Assembly (NCBI RefSeq): GCF_009914755.1
Contig: NC_060942.1
Strand: one strand, 5' to 3'
Length of the DNA stretch: 64,000 nucleotides
Source: the human T2T-CHM13v2.0 reference genome, Homo sapiens
Shown here: one piece after another, positions 13,726 through 31,365 of the stretch
How the letters are laid out: every line of letters starts with the position of its first letter
How positions within the stretch are numbered: the stretch's first letter is position 1
Made by a program: the position numbers and the translations under genes
The notes under the pieces: model-generated
Told to the model about the DNA's origin: nothing
The model's input: the letters and a program-made list of their open reading frames with translations, nothing else
The model's database searches: none

Positions 13726-14699
13726 TTATTTATTGATGCATTCCTGTAATATTTTTAGCTTTACAGAGCCTTTAGGTAGTATTCTCTTCTAAAGCATCCT
13801 GGTAGTATTTCTCAATCATTTTCTTTTCATTAATTCCATGGCCCAAAAATTAGAAATTCAGAAACCATGAAGGAAAAATTTCAGTTTCGAATTTAAAAGA
13901 TGCTATAATGGTTAGACTAGAATATGTAGACTACCTTTTTTTTCTACTGAGCTCAAAATATTTCATAAATCATCAACAAGATTTTCCTCAACACTTGATA
14001 GCATAACTAATCTCAACAAAAACAAAAAATTAAATACAAAATGTACATTTATTTTGATTTACAGTTCACACCATTGTAACTACGGTATTAGTAGTTTCTA
14101 TTTGGTTTTGTTTGGGGGTTTGCTTGGTTTGGGTCAAATGGTCAATAGTTTCTGTGGGATCAACCAATAGACAATAGAACAGATCTAATGTACTCATTAA
14201 GAAGACCACAACTTCAAACCAAACCAGTTGAAAAATGTTTCAACTTCTATAGTTTTCCTCCCTGTTGACAAGGAATTTAGTTATTTTTAAAAAATGTATA
14301 GAGGGAGCTAATTTATTTAACTTTGAAAAATGTCCCAAGTCTACAAGATTTTACTGGCCCAGGAATACCCCCCAGACCTTCCTATAACTCATCATAGCAT
14401 AAAGAATTCACAGAAATAAATGCAGGCATTTGCACTACACAAGTCCTTGAAAGTTTACAACTTAGTCAAAGTCAATATTTTCATTTTTATTCTTTTTTCC
14501 TCCTTAACAAATCGATGATGTTTTTAGGCTTAGAATATTAGGCTGGGGATTAAGCAATCTTTTTCATAGATATTTCAATATTCATGGAGTTTTAAATATC
14601 ATTAGTAATTTCCCCCCACCCCTCCCAAAAAAAAAACCCACACAGATTTTTACTAAAGAAAATAAGTCAACTTGCATTATCTACTCCTCTAGGCTTAAG

Positions 14700-15770
14700 T
14701 ACATGTCTAAATACATTATTTCCAACCATGACCTTTTCCCTGATGTCAGAAAAGCAACTCACATAATAGCCATTGTCTAGACATCACCACTTGGATGATC
14801 AATAAGCAACTCAAACTTAATAATCTACCTAATAAATACTCTTGATGTATCCTTTAAATCAGTCAATCTTTCTCCCAGCCTTTCCTGTCCCAGCAAATGA
14901 CAAATCACCTGCTCAGACTAAGACCCTAGGGGCCATCTTTGGTTGTTCTTTCCCGTTACCCAACATCCAATTCAACACCAAGTCCTGTGGGCACTAACTT
15001 CAAATATATGCCAAGGCAGTCACCTTCTGTCCATATCCAGCAGTGCCATCTTGTGCAAGCCACCATCGTCTTTCACCTTCTGAAATTCAAGAGCCTCTCC
15101 ATGGATCTCTCTGTTTCTACCCTTAATACACCACAGTCAGTTCACTGCAGAGCAAAGTGCAAGCCAGAATGTGCTACTTCCCTGTCTAACCCCACACTGG
15201 CTTCCCATTACACTCAGAATAGAACCCAAGCTCTACCATGGCCTGCAAGGCTCCACAAGAACAAGCCATGCTCCCTCTATAACCGCATCTCATACCATTG
15301 TCCCCTCACTTTCTGTGCTCTGGACTTCCTGGTCTTTTGCTCCTCAAACATGCCAAACACATTCCTCTCTTGGAGTTTGTTCTTTCCAACTTCTTGGCAT
15401 CAAAATCTCTCCCCACTTACCTTTGCATGACTGACATCTCCTCCTCAGTTAAGAAGACAGAATAGGGGTAGTCAAGGCCCATTCTGACCTTAGGTCGCAA
15501 CACAAATATCACATCCTCAGAGAGGTCAACCTTGACCACCTCCATTATATCTCTCTCACCTCACCCTGCTTTATTTCCTTCCCAGCAATTATTTATCTTT
15601 CAAATTATCTTCCCGAGTTACTTGTCTGTTTTTTATTTTTAATGGCCTAGCTCCCCAACTAGAATATGAGCCCCACTGTAGAAGAGAACTTTTCTCTCTC
15701 ATTTACCGCTATAACCACAATGTCAATGTTTACATGGAAGGTATTCACTAAATACTCATTGAATAAATTA
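14700..15770 (+). mobile_element. L2 LINE 3' portion
   Basis: gacatcaccacttggatg..caactcaaactta, caagccaccatcgtctttcacc, cctcagagaggtcaaccttgaccacc, ends aaatactcattgaataaat. Confidence 0.85.
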
Positions 15771-15789
15771 ATTTTTTCAACATCAGAAA

Positions 15790-16465
15790 GTCAAACTCAC
15801 TGGCATGTCATTGAAGGCCCCTCACAATCCTGCCCTAACATACGTTTATAGCCTGTCTCCCAATATGCTACATACAAGCCATATCAGACTAGTCACTGTT
15901 TCTTAAATATACAATGAAATTTCACAACCCAATGTCTTTGATCAGTCCCTTAATTCACTCTCAAATGTCCTTTCTCACCCTTCCCCAACGCCCCCATGCC
16001 CCAATTCCACTGGACTAAATTCTACTCAGTGCTCAAGGACCAGCTCAAATGTTCTCTTGTCTACTGAGCCATTGCAGTTTTCTCTGAAGGATCCAGAGCA
16101 CCCTTTTCTTTCCATTGGGTGGAGGGTTCCTAATGCAGCCCTCTTTTCATAATTATCTGTGTCTATCTCAACTGGGATAGTTTTTTCCCCTTGTGGATAA
16201 GAATGTTGTGATATATAAATGTGATTAAAAATATATATATTTAGTTCCATCTATAGATACATAGATGGAGATATACATATATGGAGCTAGTTTTTTTTTT
16301 TTTTTTTGCTTCTCTTTGAAAAAAAAAAATCTTTGTTTCCCCAGCATATGCTATGTTGTTTGAAAGCAGAAACTTAGTCATTCACATATCCTTTGTAATA
16401 CACAGTCTAGTCCACAGTAAGGGGTTAATAAATATTTTTTTGGATTGAACTGAATTGAATTGAAC
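15790..16465 (+). mobile_element. Additional L2 fragments
   Basis: tggcatgtcattgaaggcccctcacaatc, caaggaccagctcaaatgt, taataaatattttttggattgaactgaattgaa L2-like tail. Confidence 0.55.
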
Positions 16466-17597
16466 TAAACCAGACTATGAGAAAAATGACCCAGAAATTA
16501 AACTCGATGTCACCAATCAGGAGTATTCAACTCTCAATTGATTGTGAAACATATAGCTCTCTAATTTAATGAATAGGGTGGAGGTGGCTTTTCTGTGGGC
16601 TGAGAAATTTTCTGAGTTTGTTCTGCCTATTGCAAAGAGAGACATGGTCAGCAATCATTGACCTTGTGTTATTTGTATCTCTGTCTTAAATTTCCAGATA
16701 CTTGGTCAGCCTTTATCCCTATGTTTGGAAGAAGCTAAGTTGCCTCTCACACATGTTTTTCCTTCAGAGTGTTGATATTGGGCTGTATCCTATATGTTAA
16801 CAAAATACCAGATTTCTCAGGTCATTGGTTTAATGCAGCTGTGGTTGGTTGAGTTTCAGGAAAGTCACCACTTGTCTTCGTCTATATCACTTCCCTAGTG
16901 ACATTAGGGCTTTTCTTTGCTAGAGAGTCAGAAATTTTATCCTCAGATCCAGAACATTGCCCCCACTTCTTGTTAACCAGCATGAAAATGGGGAATTGCA
17001 TGGGGCAAGGTATCCTGTAAACATTCAGAAAAGACTCCATAGCAACTTAGTAGAGAGCCTAGGAGGAAATAGTCTTCACTAGTTTCTTCTGGAATTAATC
17101 CCCTCTGGTTCCATTAGAGTCAGGGAACAATCTGTAGTGTAGCAGGGTGGGACATTGTATTCTTAGACAAGGCCGGCTAGAAGGAAGATGTACCTAGAGG
17201 ACACAAAAGAATCTTAAGTATGCCCGATGGTGAAGTGGTTCTATGCAGGCATTCCTGAAGCTCTAAAATACAGGGCCAAGGCCTAGCTGAAGCAAGGCCA
17301 TGGTACAGCACAGCTGTGCAAAATGCAATGGGCTGGGGATAGCCCAACACCAGCTAGATTGTTGCCAGCAAACATCCCCTCCTCAGCTTTGATCCACAAG
17401 TCTCCGGCTACATAGAGGACATCTACTCCTGATATGCCCACACAGGGAAAGGTGAGTATATTATACTACCACTTGGTGGTAGTATCTGCCATGAATAGGG
17501 TATGAGATACCTGAAACTGATCAAAGGTCTGCACCTCTTTTTCTTTCTTCACCCTTAACCACTTCCCTACTTTTCTGGTACCTCACAGAATCCCTCC

Positions 17598-17959
17598 TGA
17601 TATGGTTTGGATGTGTTGCCACCCAAATCTCATCTTGAACTGTAACTCCCACAATTCCCATGAGCTGGAGGAGAGGCCCAGTGGGAAGTAATGGATCATG
17701 GGGGCGGGTCTTTCGCGTGTTGTTCTCACAATAGTGAATAAGTGTCATGAGACCTGATGGTTTTAAACAGAGGAGTTCCCCTAAACAAACCCTCTCTCTT
17801 TGCCTGCCACCATCCATGTAAGACATTACTTGCTCCTCTTTGCCTTCTGCCATGATTGTGGGGACTCCCCAGCTATGTGGAAGTGTAAGTCCATTAAACC
17901 TCTTTTTCTCCCCGAGTCTCAGATATGTTTTTATCAGCAGCATGAAATGGACTAATACA
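17598..17959 (+). mobile_element. THE1 solo LTR (ERVL-MaLR)
   Basis: tgatatggtttggatgtgttgccacccaaatctcatcttgaactgt ... ggactaataca; perfect 5-bp TSD cctcc (17593-17597, 17960-17964). Confidence 0.97.
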
Positions 17960-19845
17960 CCTCCTCTTGCTGCCTCCTTCTCAAAGACAGAGAAGTCACT
18001 ATTCCAAAGGAAAAACAAGTTTCAAGCAATGGACTAAGAGAAGAGTAGACCAAAAAAGCTTTAGTTCTGGATGGCTACTAAGGTTACAGCAGAAAAAAAA
18101 AAAAAAAAAGAAAAGGAAGACTGGTTCAGGACTAGCTGACAGCAACTTCTTCAACCAATTTGATTCAGTTCAGTTTCATTTAATTGTTAAGGTAAGAGGA
18201 GATGGGAAAGGGTAATAGGATGAATGGTTAGGTCATTGCTCTATTGGGTGATATGGCTCTAAAAGGTTTACTAAATGCAGTTAAGAAATAAAGACATAAA
18301 CCGTACGCAGATGTATACAAACTGCTGGTAAAAAAGAGCATGACATCAGAAGAGGGTAGTGCAATTCCTCAGAGCCCAAATGTGGCCTCTCCTAATGTGG
18401 TCTCCCCAGTCTGATCTTGACTTGGAGGTCAGTCAGGGTATACTCAGCCACCCTGATTCCTTGGGAAGTACCAATAGACCAGGATATGTAAACAAAGCCG
18501 ATCATTTTAAATGTTGTATGTAAATTAAGCCTTTGAAGGTCCTGTAGAGCTTGCCGCACAGGATCACAAAAGGGGGCAGCATCTGACCCTTCTCCACTTC
18601 CCTTCGCTGTAGATTCTGAAATGTGTTTCCGTGACTTCTTGTTGACAAAGATAGGTCTGATGTTGAGGAACTGACCTTACTTAAACAAAACAAAGAAGCC
18701 CCATTGAAAAGATGTCCCTCCAGAGGCCCTTACAAGAAACTCCTCCCTTCCCAGAATCTAACAAAGTATCTCCCTCTCTGGACACATCCTCTCTTAAGAT
18801 ACCTTAGCTTACAGTGGTGGATAAAGAGGCTCTTCTCTGTGTGTCTGTGAGTGTTGTACCCACATGATTGCCTGTATGCACACGTGTGTGTTTCAGTGTA
18901 TGCGGGAAAGTGTTTGTGTCTCTTTATCTAAAGAACTACCTGCTGAGTTGCATATTCTATAGAGAAGTAAAAGTAAACAAGGAATAATAAATAATAATAA
19001 AATGTATTGATATAGGACCTTACCATCCACCCCGTAGAACTTTGAAAATACTTTAAAAGCATGTTTTTTCCAAGAACAATTTACAGGGTGGATATTCAAC
19101 TAAAGACTTGTGTACTTAAGACACAAAATGTTACTGAGACAAATTCTAGTAATTATTTTATACCAGAAGTATTTAATATTATCTTCCACTGTATAGAGTA
19201 AAAACTACTATGTTCCACTAAGTTTCATCAAAGTTCCTAAGAAATGTTAGGAAGAACAGCAGCATAATCCCCCAAGGCCTCAGGACTGCCTTTTCATTCA
19301 AGTATCTCCTAGAAATTTCCACTGAAGTAAAATGACTGCTTTGCCCCAGAAAGACAAAGTAGAGCCTTATAAATGAGCAAACCCTTATGTACTTAAGCTC
19401 TGGCTAGATTATGTAACAAGAGATATTACAAGACAAGCAAGACTCGTTGGGATTCTGAATCAAATGTAATGAAAGTGGCATAGTGTTTACTGCCAGGTTT
19501 AGTTCTCTTAAAACACCAAAATTATATATGGAGGAGGCAGGTGTGGGTAAGTGGGTCACATTCATTTGGATCCTGTAATTGCAATATTCAGGCCGAGAGA
19601 GTGATATGCACCTCACTCTGGTTGGCTAGCTGCACCTGGAACTGGGTTCAATTCAGGGGTGGAGGGGGGATCTATTTTGAGAAAGATAGCTGGAAAGTCT
19701 CCAGAGTCAGAAACCAGAGTGGTGAATGCCTCAGGAATTATTTCATGGGGCGCACACTCGAGATAACTTGGACTGTGAATCTGGACAAGAAAACAATGGA
19801 GGAGATTAAAAACCCAAATGTTTGAATGTTTTTCAAGTTGCATTT

Positions 19846-20265
<420 letters not shown>

Positions 20266-20624
20266 TAGCCTGTTGATCCCTCCAGATCCAGTTCAGGAAC
20301 ACCTTCTCCAGAGACCTTCCATGAATCCTTTTTCATTTTCTTGCTCCCTGCCACGGGCAGAGGACTAGACATTCTCCCTCTCTATACCTTGTTATTATCC
20401 ATAAAAGCCCCTTCATATTGTAGTAGAACTTTGTATTCCAGTGTCTGTCTCTCTTCTCTCCCCCATTAACTGTGGGTAAGAAGTGAATTCCACATTTCTT
20501 ACATTAATTTTTTGATCACCCTTTACTGAATATTTGCTATTTCCTAAATAATGTGCTAAGGAGTAGGGATCCAAAGAGGAAAAAATGTAGGCTCTTTCCC
20601 TGCAAAACATAAAACAAGAAAAAC

Positions 20625-22960
<2,336 letters not shown>

Positions 22961-22977
22961 GCATAGTGACAGTAATG

Positions 22978-25900
22978 TTTTTGTCTTTTTATTTTTTATT
23001 TTTTAGATTTTATTTTTTTTAATTTTTTTAATTTTATTTTTCTGTAAGTTATTGGGGTACGGGTGGTATTTGGTTACATGAGTAAGTTCTTTAGTGGTGA
23101 TTTGTGAGATTTTGGTGTGCACATCACCCAAGCAGTATACACTGCACCATATTTGTAGCCTTTTATCCCTCACCCCACTTCCACTCTTCCCCACAGGTCC
23201 CCAAAGTGCACTGTATCATTCTTATTCCTTTGCGTCCTTATAGCTTAGTTCCCACATATTAGTGAGAACATGCAATGTTTGGTTTTCCATTCCTGAGTTA
23301 CTTCACTTAGAATAATAGTTGCCAATCTCATCCAGGTCACTGCAAATGCTGTTAATTCATTCCTTTGTATGGCTGAGTAGTATTCCATTGCATGTATATA
23401 GATACATATCACAGTTTCTTTATCCACTCATTGATTGATGGGCATTTAGGTTGGTTCCATGATTTTGCAATTGTGAATTGTGCTGCTATAAACATCCATG
23501 TGCAAGTATCTTTTTTGAATGACTGCTTTTCTTCTGGGTAGATACCCAGTAGAAGGATTGCTAGATCAAACGGTAGTTCTACTTTTAGTTCTTTGAGGAA
23601 TCTCCACACTACTTTCAATAGTGGCTGTACTAGTTTACATTCCCGTCAGCAGTGTAGAAGTGTTCCCTGATCACTGCATCCATGCCAACATCTACTGTTT
23701 TTTGATTTTTTGATTATGGCCACTCTTGCAGGAGTGAGGTGGTATTGCATTGTGGTTTTGATTTGCATTTCCCTGATCATTAGTGATGTTGAGCATTTTT
23801 TCGTATGCTTGTTGGCCATTTGTGTATCTTCTCTTGAGAACTGCCTATTCGTGTTGTTAGCCCACTTTTGATGGGATTTTTTTTTCTTACCAATTTGTTT
23901 GAGTTCGTTGTAGATTCTGGATATTAGTGTTTTGTCAGATGTATAGATTGTGAAGATTTTCTCCCACTCTGTGGGTTGTCTGTTTACTCTGCTGACTGTT
24001 CTTTTTGCCATGCAAAAGCTCTTTAGTTTAATTAGGTCCCAGATATTTATCTTTGTTTTTATTGCATTTGCTTTTGGGCTCTTGGTCATGAAATCCTTGC
24101 CTAAGCCAATGTCTAGAAGGGTTTTTCCAGTGTTATCTTCTGGAATTTTTATAGTTTCAGGTCTTAGATTTAAGTCCTTAATCCATCTTGAGTTGATTTT
24201 TGTATAAGGTGAGAGATGAGGATCCAGTTTTATTCTCCTACATGTGACTAGCCAATTGTCCCAGCACAATTTGTTGAAAATGGTGACCTTTCCCCACTTT
24301 ATGTCTTTGTTTGCTTTGTCAAAGATCAGTTAGCTGTAAATATTTGGGTTTATTTCTGGGTTCTCTATTCTGTTCCATTGGTCTCTGTGCCTATTTTTAT
24401 ACCAGTGCTATGCTGTTTTGGTGACTATGGCCTTATAGTTTGAAATCAGGTAGTGTGATGCCTCTAGATTTGTTCTTTTTACTTAGTCTTGCTTTGGCTA
24501 TGAGGGCTCTTTTTTGGTTCCACATGCATTTTATAATTGTTTTTTCTAACTCTGTGAAGAATGATGATGGTATTTTGATGGGGATTGCATTGAATTTGTA
24601 GATTGCTTTTGGCAGTATGGTCATTTTCACAATATTGGTTCTACCCATCCATGAGCATGGGATGTGTTTCCATTTGTTTGTGTTGTCTATGATTTCTTTC
24701 AGCAGTATTTTATAGTTTTCCTTGTAGAAGTCTTTTACCTCCTTGGTTAGGCATATTCCTAAGGATTTTTTTTGTGTGTGGCTATTGTAAAAGGAGTTGA
24801 GTTCTTGATTTGATTCTCTGCTTGCTCGCTGTTGGTGTACAGAAGAGCTACTGACTTGTGTACATTAATCTCATATCCAGAAACTTTGCTGAATTCTTTT
24901 ATCAGGTCTAGGAGCTTTCAGGAGGAGTCCTTAGGTTTTTCAAGGCAAATGATCAGATCATTTGACTTCCTCTTTACTGATTTGGATGCCCTTTCTTTCT
25001 CTTATCTGATTGCTCTGGCTAGGATTTTCAGTACTATGTTGAAGAGGAGTGGTGAGAGTGGGCATCTTTGTCTTGTTCCAGTTCTCAGAAGGAATGCTTT
25101 CAACTTTTCCCACTCAATATTATGTTTGCTGTGGGTTTGCCATAGATGGCTTTTATTACATTAAGTCATGTCCCTTGTATGCCAATTTTGCTGAAGGTTT
25201 TAATCATAAAGGAATGCTGGATTTTGTCAAATGCTTTTTCAGCATCTATTGAGATGATCATGTGATTTTTGTTTTTAATTCTGTTTATGTAGTGTATCAC
25301 ATTTACTGACTTGTGTATGTTAAACCATCCCTGCATCACTGGTATGAAACCCACTTGATCATGGTGGATTATCTTTTTGATATGCTGTTGGATTCAGTTA
25401 GCTAGTATTTTGTTAAGGATTTTAGCATCTATGTTCATCAAGGATATCAGTTTGTAGTTTTCTTTTTTGGTTGCATCCTTTCCTGGTTTTGGTATTAGGG
25501 TGATGCTGGCTTCACAGAATGAATTAAGGATAGATCCCTCTTTCTCTATCTTGTGGAATAGTATCAAAAGGAATGGTACCAATTCTTCTTTGAATGTCTG
25601 GTAGAATTATGCTGTGATTCCATCTGGTCCTGGACTTCTTTGTGCTGGTAATTTTTAAACTACCATTTCAATCTCGCTGCTTGTTATTTGTCTGTTCAGG
25701 GTATCTAATTCTTCCTGATTTAAGCTAAGAGGGCCATATTTTTCCATGAATTTATCCATCTCTTCTAGGTTTTCTAGTTTATGTGTGTAAAGGTGCTCAT
25801 AGCAGCCTTGAATGATGTTTAGTATTTCAGTGGTGTCAGTTGTAAAATCTCCTGTTTTGTTTCTTAGGAGGTTATTTGGATTTTCTCTCTTCTTTTCTTG

Positions 25901-27563
25901 GTTAATCTTGCTAATCGTCTATCAATTTTATTTATCTTTTCAAAGAACCAGCTTTTTGTTTCATTTATCTTTCGATTTCCTTGCATTGGGCTTTGCCTTT
26001 CTCTGGTTCCTCACTGATTAGCTTAATGACTAACCTCCTGAATTCAGAAATCAGGGATTTCATCTTGGTTTGGATCCATTGCTGGTGAACTAGTGTGAGT
26101 CTGGGGGAGTGTGATGAGCCTCATTTTGCCATATTACCAGGGTTGGTTTTCTGTTTCCTTCTCATTCAGGTAGGCTCTGTCAAAGGGAAGGTCTATGGTT
26201 GAAGGCTGTTGTTCAGATTTTTTGTCCCATGGGGTGTTCCCTTGATGTAGTACTCTCTCCCTTTTCCTGTGGATGTGGCTTCCTGTGAGCCGAACTGCAG
26301 TGATTGTTGTCTCTTTTCTCAGTCTAGCCACCCAGTGAGTCTACCTGGCTCCAGGCTGGTACTGGGAGTTGTCTGCACAGAGTCCTGTGATGTGAACCAT
26401 CTATGGGTCTCTCAGCCACAGATACCAGCGCTTGTTCTGGTGGAGGTGGTGGAGGATGCAATAGACTCTTTGAGGGTCCTTAGCTTTGGTGGTTTAATGC
26501 TCTATTTTTGTGCTGGTTGGCCTCTCACCAGGAGGTGGTGCTTTCCGGAGAGCACCAGCCGTGGTAGTGTAGAGAGGGACTGGTGGTGGGCGGGGCCCTA
26601 GAACTCCCAAGAGTATATGCCCTTTGTCTTCTGCTACCAGGGTGGATAGGGAAGAACCATCAGGTGGGGGCGGGGCTGGCATGTCTGAGCTCAGACTCTC
26701 CTTGGGTGGTTCTTGCTGCAGCTGCTATGGGGGATGAGGTTGAGATACCCAAGTCACTGGAGTTGTGTACCTAGGAGGATTATGGCTGCCTCTATTGAGT
26801 CCTGCAGGTTGTCAGGGAAGTAGGGGAAAGCTAGCAGTCACAGGCCTCACCCAGCTCCCACACAAACCAAAGGGCCATTCTCACTCCCACCATGCCCCCG
26901 CCAACAGCCCAGAGTCTGTTTCCAGGTGGAGGGCAAGACAGGCTTGAAAACTTGCCTGAGGCTTTCCACCTCCCAACTGCGAAAGAAAAAGGCCTTAGTT
27001 CATCCCCCGCCTGTGAAGTCTGCAAGCCGGTTTCGTGCCCTCCCCTGAGTTCTGGCCAGGAGGCTTCTCTCCCCATGCAAATTGTTACAAAGTTCAGCTA
27101 GAGACTTCCTTCTCCCTGTGGAGCTTTACCCCCTACTCCTCTGGCCACCCTCCTGTTGGATCCCTGTGGTGCCAGGCAGGAATGGGCTGCTTGGGGACCC
27201 AGCGAGCTCCCAGGGCCTCTCCACTGCTTCCTTTACCCCTGTATTTCACTCAGCTCTCTAACTTGACTCAGCTCCAGGCAAAGTTGTAATTTCTCCCACA
27301 AACAGACCTTCAGCTTCTCCAGTGGGGGTGTTCGGAAGAGGAGGGTCTCCCTTTCCCACTTCTGCAATTGGAGCATTCACAGTATTCGAAGTGTCTCTTG
27401 GGTCCTGCAGGAGCAGTCCACTTCCTACGGAGGGTCTGCAGTTCCACTCAGGATTGCTGGTTTGTTCTTGCAGTTGATCTGGAGCTAAAATTGACAATGC
27501 AAGCCTCCACATGCTGCTCTGTACAGAGCTGCAATCTAGTCCTGCTTCCCATCCGCCATGATC
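22978..27563 (-). mobile_element. L1PB-type LINE-1 with 5' UTR and 3' end, internally deleted
   Basis: 3' UTR ttattggggtacgggtggtatttggttacatgagtaagttctttagtggtga; ORF2p fragments ([46 protein letters not shown]); GC-richer 5' UTR ~26200-27563 ending tcccatccgccatgatc; decayed TSD acagtaat/acaataat. Confidence 0.95.
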
Positions 27564-27764
27564 TAACAATAATTTTTAGAAGCTTAATTTTTAGTGTGCC
27601 TGGAAAATAGCAGAGGCCCAATATGTGTTGAAGCATGTGAGTAGTCTAATTAGATTAGTTCTCTGTTACTCCAAAGTACAGAACTAGACCAAAAGGCAGA
27701 TTTCAGTTTAATGCATTCATTAGAGATGTTCAATAATGAAATGAACTTCTAAATTAGGAAAGAT

Positions 27765-27962
27765 GTGTAGCAGAGTGATTAAAAGTGTGATTATAGAGTA
27801 AAGAAAACTATAGCTCAAATTCTGGTTTTGCTTCTTATTGTGTGACCTAAGCCAAGTCACTTGAATTCCCTAAGCCTCTGTTTTCTCATCTATAAAGCAG
27901 AGATAACAATAACATCCATACCATAGAGATGTTATGAATCCTAATGAGATAAACATGTAAAA
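27765..27962 (+). mobile_element. MIR SINE
   Basis: tgtgtgacctaagccaagtcacttgaattccctaagcctctgttttctcatctataaa MIR core. Confidence 0.85.
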
Positions 27963-30900
27963 TATATTATTGAACTGACAGCTGCACTGCATGGAAGGTT
28001 GAGTCAGTTGATTGCAAGTTGTTCATAACGGTACTTGGGTAAATATGGTAATAATTGAGCATTTCATCCAGGGCATACAGACACTGAGAAGGTAATGGAG
28101 CCAAAGGGAGGCTCAGAAAAACTCAGGGGCAAGCCTTGTTCTCATTGTTGCTTAACCCTCAATTTCCCTAAATACTATGGTTAATTTCACTGGACATTAA
28201 TAATGGCACCTGTCCCCTTTGACCACTTCAACATTTGTAGGCATCCTACACTGCAAAGTCAGGCCCCCACTAAACCTCCACACCCCTCCTCCAAGGCATA
28301 GTGATAAAGTCAAAAAAGCTGTTACTTTGCCTGTAAATATTTTGAATTATACAATGTTTCTAACAGAGAAGCACATCCCAAATTCATTTTTGCAGAAACT
28401 CTTTCCCCACAAAATACTATTTTGTAATATTGCTATAAGGCACTAAGGGCAACAAACATCCCTAAAGGGGACTTTAAGGAGCTTGCTTTGACAACATTCT
28501 TTATTATGAATTTCTCTTTGGTGAGTTCCCAGTTATCAATGCTTATATAAAAGCTTGATTCATGAAAGTGAATTCAGCAACTATAGAACTGCCTCTTTGA
28601 AGGCCCTAGTTGGCATCCAAACTGTGAAAAATGTGTAGCAGACATGGTTCCTTAGTGTTTCCTCCATTTTATAGGCCAGGAAAAGGAATAATTTTCTTGC
28701 TCAAGGCCATGCAGAGGGAGAGCACTAGAGGAGTCAAAGGAACTCAAGAGTTCCTGATTGCAGATCCCAAGTATGATTTCCTGTGGCCCAGTGGTTCTAA
28801 CATCTGTGGCCAGTTAGCTCTTCGTTCACTTGATGCTGGGATAAAACCAAAGGCTGCCTTCTTCCAGGCCCAGGCTTTTGTTTCTTTAGACTGATGATCT
28901 TAAAACTATAGATGCATGATGTTTACTCATAGGGTGGACATGGGTTTATTTTTCTAATTTTGAATCAGCAGGTTTCCTCTCTAATGATGAGCAATTACAA
29001 ATCTGGCAGACTGTTTCATTCCACATGCTGAAAGAAGGCTACAGGAAGTATTTCCATTCTGAATGCCATAGAATTTGTGATTTGCATGTACCTTTTGAGT
29101 AAAAATAAAACATTTGCCCTGTATTGGCCCGAGTTTAATTAAAATGATGAGAATGTGTGATAGGCATTTGGTCTAAGGCAAAAAGGATGCACAGTATAGA
29201 AATTTGGAACAAACATTTTTTTTTTTAATGAGAAATGCATGGTTGGCCGTGATAAGAAATGCCAAGACTATGTATTACATGGGATCACAGGTTGAAAATA
29301 GAAAATATCCTAATAATTCTGGTGCAATGTGAAACTGTTATAGAAAGGTTTGGATAGGATTACATGCTTTATGGGTAATGTTCCTGTAACTAACACTGTA
29401 GATGTTTATAATCTTTTCTATAGTCTTTTTGTGGCTGACCATGTATAGCTGATGGGCTGCTCATCAGTCCTGGCAGATTTTCCCATTTAACCATGCAGGG
29501 AAGAAGGAAGAGGATTTCTCTATCCCCGAGGGTTAAGCTCTGCAAAACTGATGATCATCCAAGAACACCAATGAAACAAAGTCAAAATGGCCAAGCACAG
29601 AAAGTGAATAACTCATCACTTGAATTGAGGATTATTAAAATTGACCACACTCTCCATTGCAAAACATTGTAATAGGGTGGATGTTAAAGAATGTTTCCTA
29701 TTATATACCAAGTTCTAATTTAAAAAATACACACATATATAGTAGGCTAAGTAGATTTGCAGGTACATGTTGCCAGAGTCTTGGAGTGAATACAGTGGAA
29801 TGAAGAAAAATCTGGGCTATGGATACTCTCATTTTACAGAACACCTTTAAGCTTCGTAGCTTACCAAGTAAATATTAAAATTCCTAAATAAGAGATGTGG
29901 AATCATTTACAAGGAGAATTATCACATTGTGAAGATACGCCATCTTCATTATTGAGGAAGACTGACATAACAAAATAGACCTCAAACAACTGCATACATC
30001 ATGAATAGAGTTATTTCCATAGATGAGAAGTCTAATGTTTGGATAATTGGGATCAATTGTTTTGTTAATCTGTACCAATATCCATGAAGACATTCCTAAA
30101 TTTCATTAAAAAATGGTGATTAAATGGCCTCTTATACTCTCTCCATGAGACCCAAATTCCCAACTTGAATCTCATCTTGGAAGTCTCCAAGTCTGGCCTT
30201 GACCCCTGTATACCTTGACTCAAATAAGTAAAATAGAAAATAGGGTAGAAAAATGGCAAATGGCTTGTATCCTCCCTCCTCAAGGAGAAACAGACAGCTA
30301 CTACAAAAGATAACTAGTGTGAATTTTCACTTAGACTGCAAAGAGATCCGTGGTCTGCCTTTATCTTTATTAATAACGTTTGTCTTCCAAATAGCTCCTA
30401 CCCAAGTTTCAGTGTTTAGTTTTAAACAGTAACAGACATTGTTTCAGCATCCTCAGAGCGCAATAAGAGTGTTAAAAAAAAAAAAAAGCTTTTCATTTAA
30501 ACCTGACCTTTCTCCTATTTACTCCAAACACTTAAAAAATATAACCTTGAATTTCAGAAGCTGCAAAATTCGACTTTGCTAACATGGCTGCATCTTAGGT
30601 AATAATATTGAGAAATAAACAAATCACAAAAGATCACCAAATATCCTAAATATGAAATTGGGGTATAAGTGTGCAATTGGATCAAAAGCCCACATCGGTT
30701 CAAACACACCCAAAGGGAAGAGTGACTGCCTTAATCCAACAAAGGTGTGAACATCTGTTCCAAACAGTCTCTCTTGGGTAGAGTTGGGCTCATTTAAGCA
30801 ATTTTGTATACCAGACAAATATACTTTATGAGAAAATATGTGTGGCTGAAGACCTCACAGAATCAAAACTCACCTTATTAAGACTTTGTTTCCATAAGAA

Positions 30901-30972
30901 TAGATGTAAATAGAAGAATGTATAAAAATCTACAACCTTTGTATCTTAACCCATTTTTGAAACTCTTTTCGG

Positions 30973-31365
<393 letters not shown>

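Noticed and set aside
14939-15430. 163-aa ORF
   Set aside because: Lies within a decayed L2 element; no recognisable protein
17463-17485. 10-bp stem hairpin atactaccac-ttg-gtggtagtat
   Set aside because: One such stem is not unexpected in 64 kb; no supporting context
17521-18018. 165-aa minus-strand ORF
   Set aside because: Mostly antisense read-through of a THE1 LTR
23409-25582. ORFs with reverse-transcriptase-like motifs
   Set aside because: Frameshifted fragments of L1 ORF2p within the L1PB fossil; not an intact or novel RT system
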